Shown here in pieces: positions 1 to 9,775 of a DNA stretch of 64,000 nucleotides. The notes beneath the pieces are model-generated. The model was given only the letters and a program-made list of their open reading frames with translations. It was not told where the DNA came from and searched no databases. How positions within the stretch are numbered: the stretch's first letter is position 1; each line of letters opens with the position of its first letter. A program made the position numbers and the translations under genes. The DNA is taken from NCBI GenBank assembly GCA_965215015.1, contig OZ244042.1, positions 3,904,001 through 3,968,000 on the forward strand. The letters are read 5' to 3'. The stretch is from Candidatus Poribacteria bacterium. GTDB taxonomy: Bacteria > Poribacteria > WGA-4E > PCPOR2b.

Positions 1-339
1 TAGCGTCATCGCCAACGGCTTCTCGGCAAAGATATGTTTGCCTGCGGCACACGCTTTGATCACGATGTCTGCATGGGTATCGTGGGTTGAACAGATGAGC
101 ACGGCATCGATATTGGGGTCGGAGAGTATACGGTCAAGGTCGGTTGTGTAGTAGTCTGCGTTCCCTTCTTCAGCACGGACACGTGCGCCGACCCGTCGTC
201 CGTCTCGGCGCACTCCCTCCTCGATGACATCCATTGTGGCAACGAGACGTATCTCCGGCGTTTTCAGGATGTTTGGTATATGAGCACCACTGATTCCACC
301 ACATCCGATGATTGCAACGTTCAGCTGTTTTGCCATCAT
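1..339 (-). CDS. Gfo/Idh/MocA family oxidoreductase (partial, runs off window start)
   Basis: Not in the ORF track. Manual translation: MMAKQLNVAIIGCGGISGAH...DPNIDAVLICSTHDTHADIVIKACAAGKHIFAEKPLAMTL, with a Rossmann GxGxxS motif and the EKP motif. RBS AAGGAGG lies just upstream. Confidence 0.9.
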   Translation of the reverse strand, partial: MMAKQLNVAIIGCGGISGAHIPNILKTPEIRLVATMDVIEEGVRRDGRRVGARVRAEEGNADYYTTDLDRILSDPNIDAVLICSTHDTHADIVIKACAAGKHIFAEKPLAMTL

Positions 340-347
340 TCCCCTCC

Positions 348-1277
348 TTATTCGCCTGCTTCCACCTGTTGAATAAGTGGTTTGATTTTGTCAAAATTGA
401 TTCGCATCGCGTCCGCGCCGGAGCCACTCGGCGGCCGAAAGTGGGTGGCGACAGCAAAAACCACATCGCAGCGGTGATCACGCAGATTTCGCAGCACCGT
501 TGGGTAATCAACATCGCCTTCACCCAGCGGACAGTATTCAAAATTGAGTTTCAGCCCATCGAGGACTTGTAGGTCTTTCACATGGAGCGAATGGAGGTAG
601 GGACGCACATTAATAAAGCCTGCGGTCGCTGAATCCGATTCACCGGCGGTCAGGTTGTCGGACGGGTGCCACATAATCTTGATTCGCTTGGAGCCGACTC
701 GTTCAACCAGTTCCCGGCAGTGGTGGGTCGTGTTGGTATAGTGCCAAGGAAGATTGCCGAGTACAACATCGATATCGTGTTTCTCCGCCTGCTCCGCTAC
801 GAGCGAAAAGGCTTTGACCAGCTTTTCCATGTCAATGTCGGCGATGATACCGCCTCGCGTTAGCCAGCGCATAGGCCAAGTTGGTTTGCTAGCAGAGTAT
901 TCGCCGGGCCATGCGAAAGTGTACGATAGCACCGAATCCACGCCGAGCCGGTTAGCAACACCCATTGTCTGAATCAGGTGGTTGAAATCAGCTTGAAACT
1001 CTGGATGGTCTTGTAGCGTTTCCAATTCCAGATCTTCGAGATGCAATTTACTAAAGGCACCCGCGGCACCGATCATGAATAGCTCGACCCGATGCCGGGC
1101 TGCCTGTTCACCCATGTTATCAACTGCAGCATCGGTAATCTCGCCCTCGAGTGCCCAATCTAGGAAGCCAAACCATCCATATTTTACGCCGAGTTCCTCA
1201 GCGAGGGCAAGTGCCTCGACGTAAGGTAAGCCTGTCATCTGCAGGTCCATTCCAACTTTGAAGCGATAGTCAGTCAT
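348..1277 (-). CDS. Sugar phosphate isomerase/epimerase (AP endonuclease 2 TIM barrel)
   Basis: Motifs LHVKD and PLGEGDVDY; adjacent to and co-oriented with the Gfo/Idh/MocA gene. Confidence 0.8.
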   Translation of the reverse strand: MTDYRFKVGMDLQMTGLPYVEALALAEELGVKYGWFGFLDWALEGEITDAAVDNMGEQAARHRVELFMIGAAGAFSKLHLEDLELETLQDHPEFQADFNHLIQTMGVANRLGVDSVLSYTFAWPGEYSASKPTWPMRWLTRGGIIADIDMEKLVKAFSLVAEQAEKHDIDVVLGNLPWHYTNTTHHCRELVERVGSKRIKIMWHPSDNLTAGESDSATAGFINVRPYLHSLHVKDLQVLDGLKLNFEYCPLGEGDVDYPTVLRNLRDHRCDVVFAVATHFRPPSGSGADAMRINFDKIKPLIQQVEAGE

Positions 1278-1351
1278 CAGTTATTATCTCCTATCTTGAG
1301 GCATAGTCCTAATGCTGAAAAGGTATCCATGAAAACTTGTCGAACGGAAAC

Positions 1352-1380
1352 AGGATAACCGATTTTGCGTTATTGGGCAA
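1352..1380 (-). promoter_or_regulatory. Sigma70-type promoter candidate (TTGCCC-17-TATCCT)
   Basis: Minus strand reads TTGCCC aataacgcaaaatcggt TATCCT, 75 nt upstream of the 1277 start. A related copy is at 9776-9804. Confidence 0.55.
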
Positions 1381-1387
1381 GGAATTT

Positions 1388-1720
1388 CTAAGGATTGGGA
1401 GAACGGAAGCGTGGAAAGAATCTGTTTCTCCCCTCCGTCCTTTCCTTCCCTTGTTTCCTCCGATCTGGATTGATTAGTGGACAGAGGGCCAGGTTATGCG
1501 CTGCGCCCGTGGCAAACATCTGTTCAAATCCAGATCCGTCCAACCAATTCTCGATTGGCGTATCCGTCGGATAGATACGAAATCCACGGACACCCTGCTC
1601 GGCAAGTTGTAGCATTGTTTCATCCGCTCTTTCCGCCTCCCAATCGACGATGGCGATACCTGAAAAAACGCCCGGATACCTTTCCATCACATCAAGCATG
1701 TAGGTGTTATCAAAAGGTCT
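1388..1720 (-). pseudogene. Amidohydrolase-family fragment
   Basis: FDNTYMLDVMERYPGVFSGIAIVD...GVRGFRIYP...LALCPLINP is the mid-section of an amidohydrolase_2 protein. Both termini are missing and the frame runs into non-protein-like sequence. Confidence 0.7.
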
Positions 1721-1850
1721 TGGGGTTCATATGAGGGGCCAGCAATACGGCTTCCAGTCACCCAAGAATATGATTTCATTAGTTGGTTTTCCAAAATCGA
1801 TAGCCTGCATCGAGCTCTGAATCTCGACCAACGGTGTTTATCATTGGTAC

Positions 1851-1894
1851 AAAAAAAACTGCTAAATGCCTCGTTGCGAGGAGGCATTTAGCAG
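1851..1894 (-). terminator. Rho-independent terminator of the giant protein gene
   Basis: Stem CTGCTAAATGCCT/AGGCATTTAGCAG followed by T8 on the minus strand, 30 nt after the stop at 1924. Confidence 0.9.
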
Positions 1895-1923
1895 CTATGT
1901 TAAGTGAATGTATAGTGTGGACG

Positions 1924-4900
1924 TTACTTCAGAATCAGCATCTTACGGGTTGCAGAGAAGTCTCCTGCACTCAGGCTGTAGAAGTAGATGCCACTGGCTA
2001 CCTGTTCACCGAAACGGTTTCGCCCGTCCCAGTAGATGGCTTTGGCTCTCGACTCATACACCGCTGCCATCTGATGCCCCATATCGAGGGTTCGCACCAC
2101 CAGACCGGTGCTATCGTAGATGGTCAAGACGACATCCGCATCTGATGCTAACCGATACGGTATCCACGTTTCGGGGTTGAATGGATTGGGATAGTTGCGA
2201 AGTAGCTCCGTCTCTGACGGAATCTCATAGGCGATGAGGTCTGCCAACTCAATACGAGTGGCTTTCACATCGTCAACCGTAACGATATGACGCACCGGCT
2301 GGACACCGATTAACGGACTCGGTGAATCGGCTGAAATCTCCAGGACATCCCCAACCTGTGCCGCATGACCGATTTTCAGGTCAACAAAGGTCATGTTGTA
2401 GCCTGTTGCTGTCTCTGCGGAGGTCACCCGGTTGAGTGCGGCTTTGGTGGAGAGATTCTTCACCTTGACCCGGAATCCGTCCTGCGCCACTCCGGTGCTC
2501 TCATCAACGACTGAACCGTTGACATCCAGGACGGGGGTTTGGCCGGCAACCTGATGGTTAACCAACGCGATAGGGGCAGCCGCTGCTGTGTCCTGACTCC
2601 AACCGGTTCCGATAAGTGCAGCGGTTGCATCGGTGGTTGCTGTGACCAGATAGGCAGCATCGCCCATGACCGGTCCATCATTTACATCCCCTGCCGCTGT
2701 AACTGACTTGTATCCATCCGCCGTTGAAACAACGACACTGGTGACAACGCCGGTAGCAAACAGCGCGGCAATGTCGCTGACATTGGTCAGTCTCGCATCG
2801 TTAACGGGTAGACCGATGAGGTTAGAACCGGCGGTGAGATTGATGGTTGATGCGCCGTCGTCCCACGCATACCCGGTGAAAGTCACCGTCGCTTCGGCAC
2901 TCATTGAAAGGAGGATACCCAGGTCTGCGGTAATCGGTACATCGTCGCTCCGACTATTCCATAAATCGGTTGCGCTATCATAGACGATGAGCAGATTGGC
3001 GTCGCTGCCGAGCATCTCTCGGAGGTCGCCTACGGTGTTGAGCCCCTCAACTGCCAACGGGACGTGGAACAGGCTTGTCCCCGCCGGTATCTGCGAGGTA
3101 TAGGACAGTTGGTTGTCCAACGTAACCATCGCTGTGCCGCTGCCGCTGTTGCCGGCGGCGTCGATCGCGGTTACGGTGATGGTTTTCGAGCCATTGATGG
3201 CTGTGTTATCTTCACTGACAACGACTGAGGCACTGTAAGCACCATCGGTCCCCATCGTCAGAGCGACCCCATCGGTTTGGGTGGTGTCCAAGGTAGAGAC
3301 GTCCGCCATCACGGATGTGATGCTGCTCGCGTCGGAGACGGTCGCAGAGATTTCCACCGGCTCACCGTTGGCAATGGTCTCAGGAGATGCCATCGCCATC
3401 ACGGTCGGCATTGTGCTGTCAAGTGTCAACGCATTGGACACCATCACACTTTGACCATTCAGACTGACAGAGACATCATACATACCATCGGGGTGCTGAT
3501 CAGCCACGACGGTAAACGACCCGCTGTAGGCACCGCTCGAGACTTCTGCCATCGAGTGGTCGGTGACAATCGAACCGACGGAGAACATCACGGTTCGGCC
3601 TGCCGTGCCCATGGCACTGACGGTGACCGTATCCCCCGCCATAGCCAGTGCAGGTTCAATGGTGACGCTGCCTTCGGTAATGGCTATCACAGAGGTTGTG
3701 ACCGTCACCGGCTGGCTCGCCATCGTCAGTCCCGGTGCTGTTGCGGTAATCGTTGCGATCCCGGGTGTCGAATCTTGATAGTAGACCATCGCTGAGACCT
3801 CGCCGCCTGCAACGGTCACGGTGATGCTCTCGGTTCCCGTCCCTTCAGCGAGCTCAGAGAACGTGCCCGCGGAGCTGGAGGTCAGGGTGACCGACACATC
3901 GGAGACCATCGCCACCTCATGCCCCTCGGCATCTCTCAATCCAACTGTGATACCTAACGGCATCGCGCCGTCGTCGGCAGAAACCGTGCCGGCACTGCTC
4001 AGTGTGAGTTGGGTCGGCGTCGAGTCTTGGACGCGCACCGAAACATTGGAGTTTACCCGTTGACCATCAAACAGCATGACGAATTCAGAGACCTCACGGT
4101 TGGCTGGGGCGTCGGCATTTTGGTAGGTGAAGATAATTTCATCACCCGCTTCGACCTCAAGCCCCCCTAATTTCACACGCGCCACCATGTCTCGACCGAC
4201 CGGTGTCAGTTTCTCGACACTCACCGTCGTCGTAACACCCATGTGCCGGTGCGCAACGGTGTAGGTTCCCTTATTTTCAGGGTCCATCGGCGCACTGCTC
4301 GGCGCAGTCCAACCGGGGGGCACCTGCACCCGGAACTCCCGCGGCGCGTTGACGAGGCCGACAGCAGTGTAGGTAAAGGTCAGGTTCACCCCTGTCGCAC
4401 CGGCGTCTACAATCCTCGGTGCGACCTCACCGGAACCGGCACCCCGTCTCGCCTCGTCGACGTCGACGGTCAGCATGGTCTCATCGCCGGAGACATCGTC
4501 AAAATCATCGGCTGCATCGCCCCCGTGGACTCCAACCGCAAAGGCGACACCGGTGCCCACGTTGGGCTGCACATCACCTGTATAGACAAAGGTCACCGTC
4601 CCGTTGGCACTCAAGTTGACGCCTTCGACGATAGCCATTTGACCACTAAAGGTGGGGGCGATTGCGGGTGTAATCGTCACCGTATCCGCGGTCGGTGCAG
4701 ACCAACCGGCGGGGACCGCGAGCCGCACCTTGCCACCGACCATTTGACCGGCTGCCGTGTAGGTGACGGTCAGCTCCCTGCCGGTATCACCGGTATGAAG
4801 CGACCCCTCCCCATCGGTTATGGCAATGACGGCTTTGCCTTTACCACTGGCTTGCGGGTTGACTGTGACGGTCGGCTGCGTTCGAATCGGTGCCAGGTTA

Positions 4901-7900
4901 CCGCTTTCACCGCCCCGAACCGCAAACCGAAACGCATCAACCCCGGTCGTGGCAGAAGCCACCGCACGCCCTGCATCGGTCGCACCGTAGGTAATCTTTA
5001 TATCATTGGCTTTGTCAAGCGAGAAGATAGGCACGGTCACAGAGAATTTATCATCGTCCGCTACGCTGCCAAGTCCCACACCCTCCACCTCAGTATACCC
5101 CGGTAGACTGACCTCTTCGACCTGCGGTTGACTCCAGCTCGATGGGACGGTGAATTTCAGCTCCCCATCTTCAATTGTCTGACTCGGTTTGTAGGTAAAC
5201 ACCAATACCACATCGTCGGACGCTGCACGGACGGAGGAGGTATCCAATGTAACCGTTCCCGTCCCGTCCAACGCGCTCGTCACTTTGACTTGTAAGATAC
5301 CGGCGGCATCTTTATAAATCTTCTGGGTCTTGTCCGGGTTTCTTATCTTCTCCCGGCCGGTGTGTTCCAAGTCGCTCTCAATAGCCTCGAAAACGCCGTC
5401 GCCGTCCCCATCGGATCTAATCACGAACTGGGCGGTGCCAACATTGTCCTGAACCTCCGCACCGACAGCGGCACCGGTGCCACCCCCATAGATAAATCGG
5501 AAACTCCCTCCTTTGGCAAGCGTATCGATGGTCGCTATCGCGTAACGATCGGCTATCTCCACGGCGGAGACCCCCGCGCCGCGCGTCGTCACATAATTCC
5601 GCTGGGTCGGGTCATTCTGCATCGACCCCCAACCGTCTGGAATTTCAAGACTCACGGCCCCGCCATCCATCGTGCCGGCTGCGGTGAACACGACCTCAAT
5701 CGCCCGATTGCTACTCCCTGCCTCAATCGTCCCCGGCGATAGCACGGCTGCCCCCATACCGTCTTCGACGTTGCTCAGCGTGACCGTGGCGGTCCCAGCG
5801 GTCCGGGTGCTGGCACCCCGTGACGTTCTAAAGGTGCCAGCCACTTCGACCGCACCGGCGGCATGATGTAAGACTGCTTTACTATCATCGGCAGCACCAT
5901 ACGTAATCGTGACGGATTCATCGACATCGAGCCGACCGATTGCCACGGTGATGGTGCGACCGGAGAGGGTTATCTGATCCGCACCAATACCCCCGGCACC
6001 CCCGCTCTTTAGTGCCTCGCCGGAGACGGCCACCTCACCGGCGGTCGCGTCTGCCTTGGTCGGTGGACTGAAGCCCAAAGTGGACGGGATGGTCAACCGC
6101 ACCTCGCCGTCCCGTATGGGGGTCGAATCCGCTATAAACTTGAAATTGATAGTCGCTTTACTTCCGGCACGGAAAGTGTCGTCACCATCAACTTCAAATC
6201 GAACCGCATCGCCTGAGGTCTTCACAACCGAGAGGATGGGACGATCATCAATGTCGGTCGTTTCGTCGTTGGCAAGTTTCGTATCATTAACCATCACACC
6301 CCATTCATACTCGTCGGCTTCTGCGAGGATATTGACCCTACGGATTTTAGCGGTCACGGTTTTCCCTTTTTCAAGGTCGAGACCTGACCACTCAAGGGTA
6401 TCCCCGTCGTTTACCACTAACCCTTCAGAACCCGAAACATACCCATAGTCCGTCGAGGTATCGGTTTGGAGTTTCTGATCATCATCGAGAACAATGCCCT
6501 TCGGCTCAATCGTTATCGTGGCATCCTCAAGATCGGTGTAGGCTTCATACGTCAGGTCGATATCTCTCCGTTGAGAACCCGCCTCCACAGACGCAGGAGA
6601 CAAGTCCAACTTACCAGAACCCGCCTTAGCAACCCACACCCCACCACTGACTTCTACAGAGGCGTACGTACCAGTACTGACCTTCACGGCGTACCTACGA
6701 ACAGTGGTCCACGCGGTGATATCGGCATCAGCACTGGAACCAATAGCGGCTGCACGAGTATACGAAACAATAATTTGCTGACCCGTATCAAGCTTGGCAA
6801 TAGGGATAGTTAGCTTCGCGGGAGCCGTGGCCGTACCCTCATCAACAGTCCAAGGAGTGGGGTCTGTGGTGTCGTCTAAGGTTGCCCCGCCCCTGGGTTC
6901 CACATTAAAATCCGCCTTCACGGGGGTGTCCTGTGGCCCTAAATGTGCCATATCTGCGCCTTCGGGGCCAAATAATAACTCTAGGGAACTGTTGTGCATC
7001 GGCCCAGGAGCTGTGAAGGTGAGAGTGAATTCGGTATTTTCCTCACCCGAAAATACCCGCCCCGGTTCAATTGTCAGCTTTCTTTTGAGAGGGTCACGGT
7101 CGGTACCCCCTTTAATATTGCCAACCCTGACAACCGGAGGACTGGGTAACAGACTAAGCACATCATTCCGGGTACTCTCACTACATAGGAATTCATACTC
7201 AGCATGCGCAGCATAATCGTCCGTAGCAGCCTCATCCAGACGAGAAGGAATCGGAGCCGTTACATCACCCAATTGGATGATGAGGTCTCTATTAAACCGT
7301 TGGGGACCCCACGCCGAATCGAGGGCGACGGTTATCCGCTTGTCCGCTTCAAAGTCCACCCTATCCGTATCACTATCTGCTGAGACGGCGCCCTCTCCAT
7401 TCGTTTCGTATATTGTTACCGGACCATCATCACCCTCCTCCATGACCGATAGAAACTTGTTAGACACCTCCCAATCGGAGGGAAACGCTATCCGAAAGCG
7501 TCCATCAGACAGGTTATCAGCCGTGGGTCTGTAGGTAAATTTCAGAACGTTCCAATAACTGCCAGCAGCAAGCGGAAGCGTGCTGTCAGTAGCAACAGTA
7601 ATATCCGGAGGCTCCTCGTCAGCCGTTTCTCGGAAACCCCAACCTACTTGGACACTTGCACCGCCCCGGACCTTTATAGAAAGGGTGTCGGCGTCGGGGT
7701 CTCCCACTCTGCTTCTTGTAATATACGAATCAGCACTTTCACGTGGTTCTAGTACTGGGCCGAATCCATGTGATCCATATACGGGTGCCTTGTTATTCGG
7801 GACAAATACCGTTATTTTGGTGTCCGGGAATTCGTTTTGCGGCACGTCCATCGTAACATCTATCTCTTTCGCCCCACCAGTATGATAAGCGGCCGGGAGC

Positions 7901-8802
7901 TTACCGCTAGCTGTGACATCTATGGATTCCCTGTTCAGAGGCCTCCAAGCGTCGGCTGAGGCACCTGATGCCGGTGTGTTGACTTCATACTCGAATGTAT
8001 AGGTCACGTCACTTTCACTGGCAGGGATAGTTACGTCGCACCAGATTAGGTAGGTCACCTGCACAATAGGTCTATCCGTTTTCTCTTGAGCAGATCTATT
8101 CGGCTGAGTTTTGTCTTCAAAATCTCCCGCTGAATGCCTGATGATTATCTCATTCCCGTTAAGGAATATACCCTTATCACTAAAAGTTCCCTCCCCATCG
8201 GTATCATGAAGGGTCAGAAAACGGCCGCCAGTCTGATCAATAGACGTTTGATCGGTGAAGGGCGATTCCCCACCCGTAAGCGCATACTCAGCAGTTCCCG
8301 ATTGCTTAAAGCGCGGGTGATGGGGGATAGGATCGCTGTCAAAGTAATAAAACCCATCTGACCGCCTTCGAGCTCCGAATTTTTGTGAGTCTGTGAAGGC
8401 ATTAAAAGCAACACTATCTGGAGCATTAGTATCTGGGAGGAACATCAGTGGGGCTCCTGCTAGCCGTGAATCACCTGCCGTGAAAGCACGTATACGGACT
8501 CTTAGGGAGCTCCGATCCAACACAATACCGTCTGGAATATCCACCCGAAACCCCGCCTTATCGTCGTCGTTGTGCGATGTATATGCAACTCGCAGTTGGT
8601 ATTGCCCGGCAGTAATATCATCAATCGGAATAATATCTGTGGCTTCCGGACTATCGAGCGGATTAAAATAGATACTTATCAAATCAGAATATATACGACC
8701 CTGCGGCGCAGCGTCGTTGATGAACAACCCCACAACCAACATCAAACTGATAACAAAAAACACACTTAACTTCCGAAAATTTACATCTCTTGGTTTAATC
8801 AC
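1924..8802 (-). CDS. Giant secreted/surface protein (2292 aa) with repeated beta-sandwich modules and a C-terminal T9SS-type/FlgD-Ig sorting domain
   Basis: N-terminal signal peptide; about 8 degenerate modules such as LTVTYTAAGQMVGGKVRLAVPAGWSAP; Ig-like TAIDAAGN stalk; C-terminus NYPNPFNPETWIPY...WDGRNRFGEQVASGIYFYSLSAGDFSATRKMLILK. Confidence 0.85.
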   Translation of the reverse strand: MIKPRDVNFRKLSVFFVISLMLVVGLFINDAAPQGRIYSDLISIYFNPLDSPEATDIIPIDDITAGQYQLRVAYTSHNDDDKAGFRVDIPDGIVLDRSSLRVRIRAFTAGDSRLAGAPLMFLPDTNAPDSVAFNAFTDSQKFGARRRSDGFYYFDSDPIPHHPRFKQSGTAEYALTGGESPFTDQTSIDQTGGRFLTLHDTDGEGTFSDKGIFLNGNEIIIRHSAGDFEDKTQPNRSAQEKTDRPIVQVTYLIWCDVTIPASESDVTYTFEYEVNTPASGASADAWRPLNRESIDVTASGKLPAAYHTGGAKEIDVTMDVPQNEFPDTKITVFVPNNKAPVYGSHGFGPVLEPRESADSYITRSRVGDPDADTLSIKVRGGASVQVGWGFRETADEEPPDITVATDSTLPLAAGSYWNVLKFTYRPTADNLSDGRFRIAFPSDWEVSNKFLSVMEEGDDGPVTIYETNGEGAVSADSDTDRVDFEADKRITVALDSAWGPQRFNRDLIIQLGDVTAPIPSRLDEAATDDYAAHAEYEFLCSESTRNDVLSLLPSPPVVRVGNIKGGTDRDPLKRKLTIEPGRVFSGEENTEFTLTFTAPGPMHNSSLELLFGPEGADMAHLGPQDTPVKADFNVEPRGGATLDDTTDPTPWTVDEGTATAPAKLTIPIAKLDTGQQIIVSYTRAAAIGSSADADITAWTTVRRYAVKVSTGTYASVEVSGGVWVAKAGSGKLDLSPASVEAGSQRRDIDLTYEAYTDLEDATITIEPKGIVLDDDQKLQTDTSTDYGYVSGSEGLVVNDGDTLEWSGLDLEKGKTVTAKIRRVNILAEADEYEWGVMVNDTKLANDETTDIDDRPILSVVKTSGDAVRFEVDGDDTFRAGSKATINFKFIADSTPIRDGEVRLTIPSTLGFSPPTKADATAGEVAVSGEALKSGGAGGIGADQITLSGRTITVAIGRLDVDESVTITYGAADDSKAVLHHAAGAVEVAGTFRTSRGASTRTAGTATVTLSNVEDGMGAAVLSPGTIEAGSSNRAIEVVFTAAGTMDGGAVSLEIPDGWGSMQNDPTQRNYVTTRGAGVSAVEIADRYAIATIDTLAKGGSFRFIYGGGTGAAVGAEVQDNVGTAQFVIRSDGDGDGVFEAIESDLEHTGREKIRNPDKTQKIYKDAAGILQVKVTSALDGTGTVTLDTSSVRAASDDVVLVFTYKPSQTIEDGELKFTVPSSWSQPQVEEVSLPGYTEVEGVGLGSVADDDKFSVTVPIFSLDKANDIKITYGATDAGRAVASATTGVDAFRFAVRGGESGNLAPIRTQPTVTVNPQASGKGKAVIAITDGEGSLHTGDTGRELTVTYTAAGQMVGGKVRLAVPAGWSAPTADTVTITPAIAPTFSGQMAIVEGVNLSANGTVTFVYTGDVQPNVGTGVAFAVGVHGGDAADDFDDVSGDETMLTVDVDEARRGAGSGEVAPRIVDAGATGVNLTFTYTAVGLVNAPREFRVQVPPGWTAPSSAPMDPENKGTYTVAHRHMGVTTTVSVEKLTPVGRDMVARVKLGGLEVEAGDEIIFTYQNADAPANREVSEFVMLFDGQRVNSNVSVRVQDSTPTQLTLSSAGTVSADDGAMPLGITVGLRDAEGHEVAMVSDVSVTLTSSSAGTFSELAEGTGTESITVTVAGGEVSAMVYYQDSTPGIATITATAPGLTMASQPVTVTTSVIAITEGSVTIEPALAMAGDTVTVSAMGTAGRTVMFSVGSIVTDHSMAEVSSGAYSGSFTVVADQHPDGMYDVSVSLNGQSVMVSNALTLDSTMPTVMAMASPETIANGEPVEISATVSDASSITSVMADVSTLDTTQTDGVALTMGTDGAYSASVVVSEDNTAINGSKTITVTAIDAAGNSGSGTAMVTLDNQLSYTSQIPAGTSLFHVPLAVEGLNTVGDLREMLGSDANLLIVYDSATDLWNSRSDDVPITADLGILLSMSAEATVTFTGYAWDDGASTINLTAGSNLIGLPVNDARLTNVSDIAALFATGVVTSVVVSTADGYKSVTAAGDVNDGPVMGDAAYLVTATTDATAALIGTGWSQDTAAAAPIALVNHQVAGQTPVLDVNGSVVDESTGVAQDGFRVKVKNLSTKAALNRVTSAETATGYNMTFVDLKIGHAAQVGDVLEISADSPSPLIGVQPVRHIVTVDDVKATRIELADLIAYEIPSETELLRNYPNPFNPETWIPYRLASDADVVLTIYDSTGLVVRTLDMGHQMAAVYESRAKAIYWDGRNRFGEQVASGIYFYSLSAGDFSATRKMLILK

Positions 8803-8926
8803 AATAAAATCCTTTCGTGAGAAAATTTAATTTCAGATTAACTCAATAACAATAGTACCCTTTTCACGTCTTACAACCCCTACTGCAAAAGATAACGTTC
8901 TGCCTATTGGTCCTCTTGTCATTCAT

Positions 8927-9257
8927 TAGGTCAATTATGCACCCAAACGTTGTTGAAAACAGAAAAGGCTAATGGTAAAGTAAAGGGTTTTGAATACACA
9001 ATCTTATAATACGACCGATCGAAAGATTTGTCGATCGAAATCGAAAGACCTATCAAGATTTTTCGATTGGTTATCAGAATCTTTCGCTCTAAAACCCCGT
9101 CTGTTAAGACGGGTATACAGATTGGTATAGGTCAATTATGCACCCAAACGTTGTTGAAAACAGAAAAGGCTAATGGTAAAGTAAAGGGTTTTGAATACAC
9201 AAGGCTCTATTATAATACAATCGATCGAAAGATTTGTCGATCGAAATCGAAAGACCT
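8927..9257. repeat. Direct duplication of a ~125-130 bp upstream block (8927-9051 and 9128-9257)
   Basis: First 75 nt identical (TAGGTCAATTATGCACCCAAACG...GAATACACAA); both copies end CGATCGAAAGATTTGTCGATCGAAATCGAAAGACCT. Offset is 201 bp. Confidence 0.95.
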
Positions 9258-9405
9258 GTTGTTAGGCTCTTAAATCTATCAGGCTATCAAGTCCCTAACA
9301 ATCGCAAAATGGGGTATACTTGTTTTGTCTTTGGTGAGGGATTTTCAGGCCGCCGCTTATCAGTGTCGCTCACCCCCAAATGAAATGGAAATGCAAGCGA
9401 CTCCG

Positions 9406-9490
9406 ATGAAGACCTACAAGTTCAAACCGACGCATACGACGAAATTCGGCTTGAAATTTGAACCGGTCAGGCATGAAAAGCCTTTGTGCT
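9406..9490 (+). pseudogene. tnpB: Internally deleted IS200/IS605 tnpB remnant
   Basis: ATGAAGACCTACAAGTTCAAA (MKTYKFK) is joined, across frameshifts, to TDAYDEIRLE/(D)LNRSGMKSL, which resembles the TnpB RuvC-II EDLN..GMK motif. The start matches the remnant at 50725. Confidence 0.7.
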
Positions 9491-9559
9491 CAAAGAGATA
9501 GTGGGAGGCAGTGCATGAACAAACGACCGAATATCCTCGCGGAATTGGGGAAAAAGGTA

Positions 9560-9645
9560 ACGTGCAATGAATTGCACTACTACGAACCGGTGATCGCAGT
9601 TGGGAAACCTGCGCCACGAGGATTGGGCAAGAGGCCCGACCTACA
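9560..9645 (-). repeat. Cluster of GTAG-type REP-like palindromes
   Basis: Minus strand: GTAGGTCGGGCCTCTTGCCC..., GTGGCGCAGGTTTCCCAACTGCG and GTAGTAGTGCAATTCATTGCAC. Confidence 0.65.
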
Positions 9646-9775
9646 GGTATTGGTCTCAGTCGAAATTCACAAAACAGGTGTTGTTGAAAGGCAGAATCTC
9701 TATTGTGCTTGATAGGGTTTTGTCTTTAACCGTTCAACGAACCTACACCGTTGGCAACTTAGGTTATAAGATAAA

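Noticed and set aside
3277-7885. Long plus-strand ORFs such as 4243-5106
   Set aside because: Antisense shadows of the giant gene with no protein-like motifs.
8927-9257. DGR template/variable repeat pair
   Set aside because: Both copies are intergenic, the differences include indels rather than adenine-specific substitutions, and there is no reverse transcriptase in the window.
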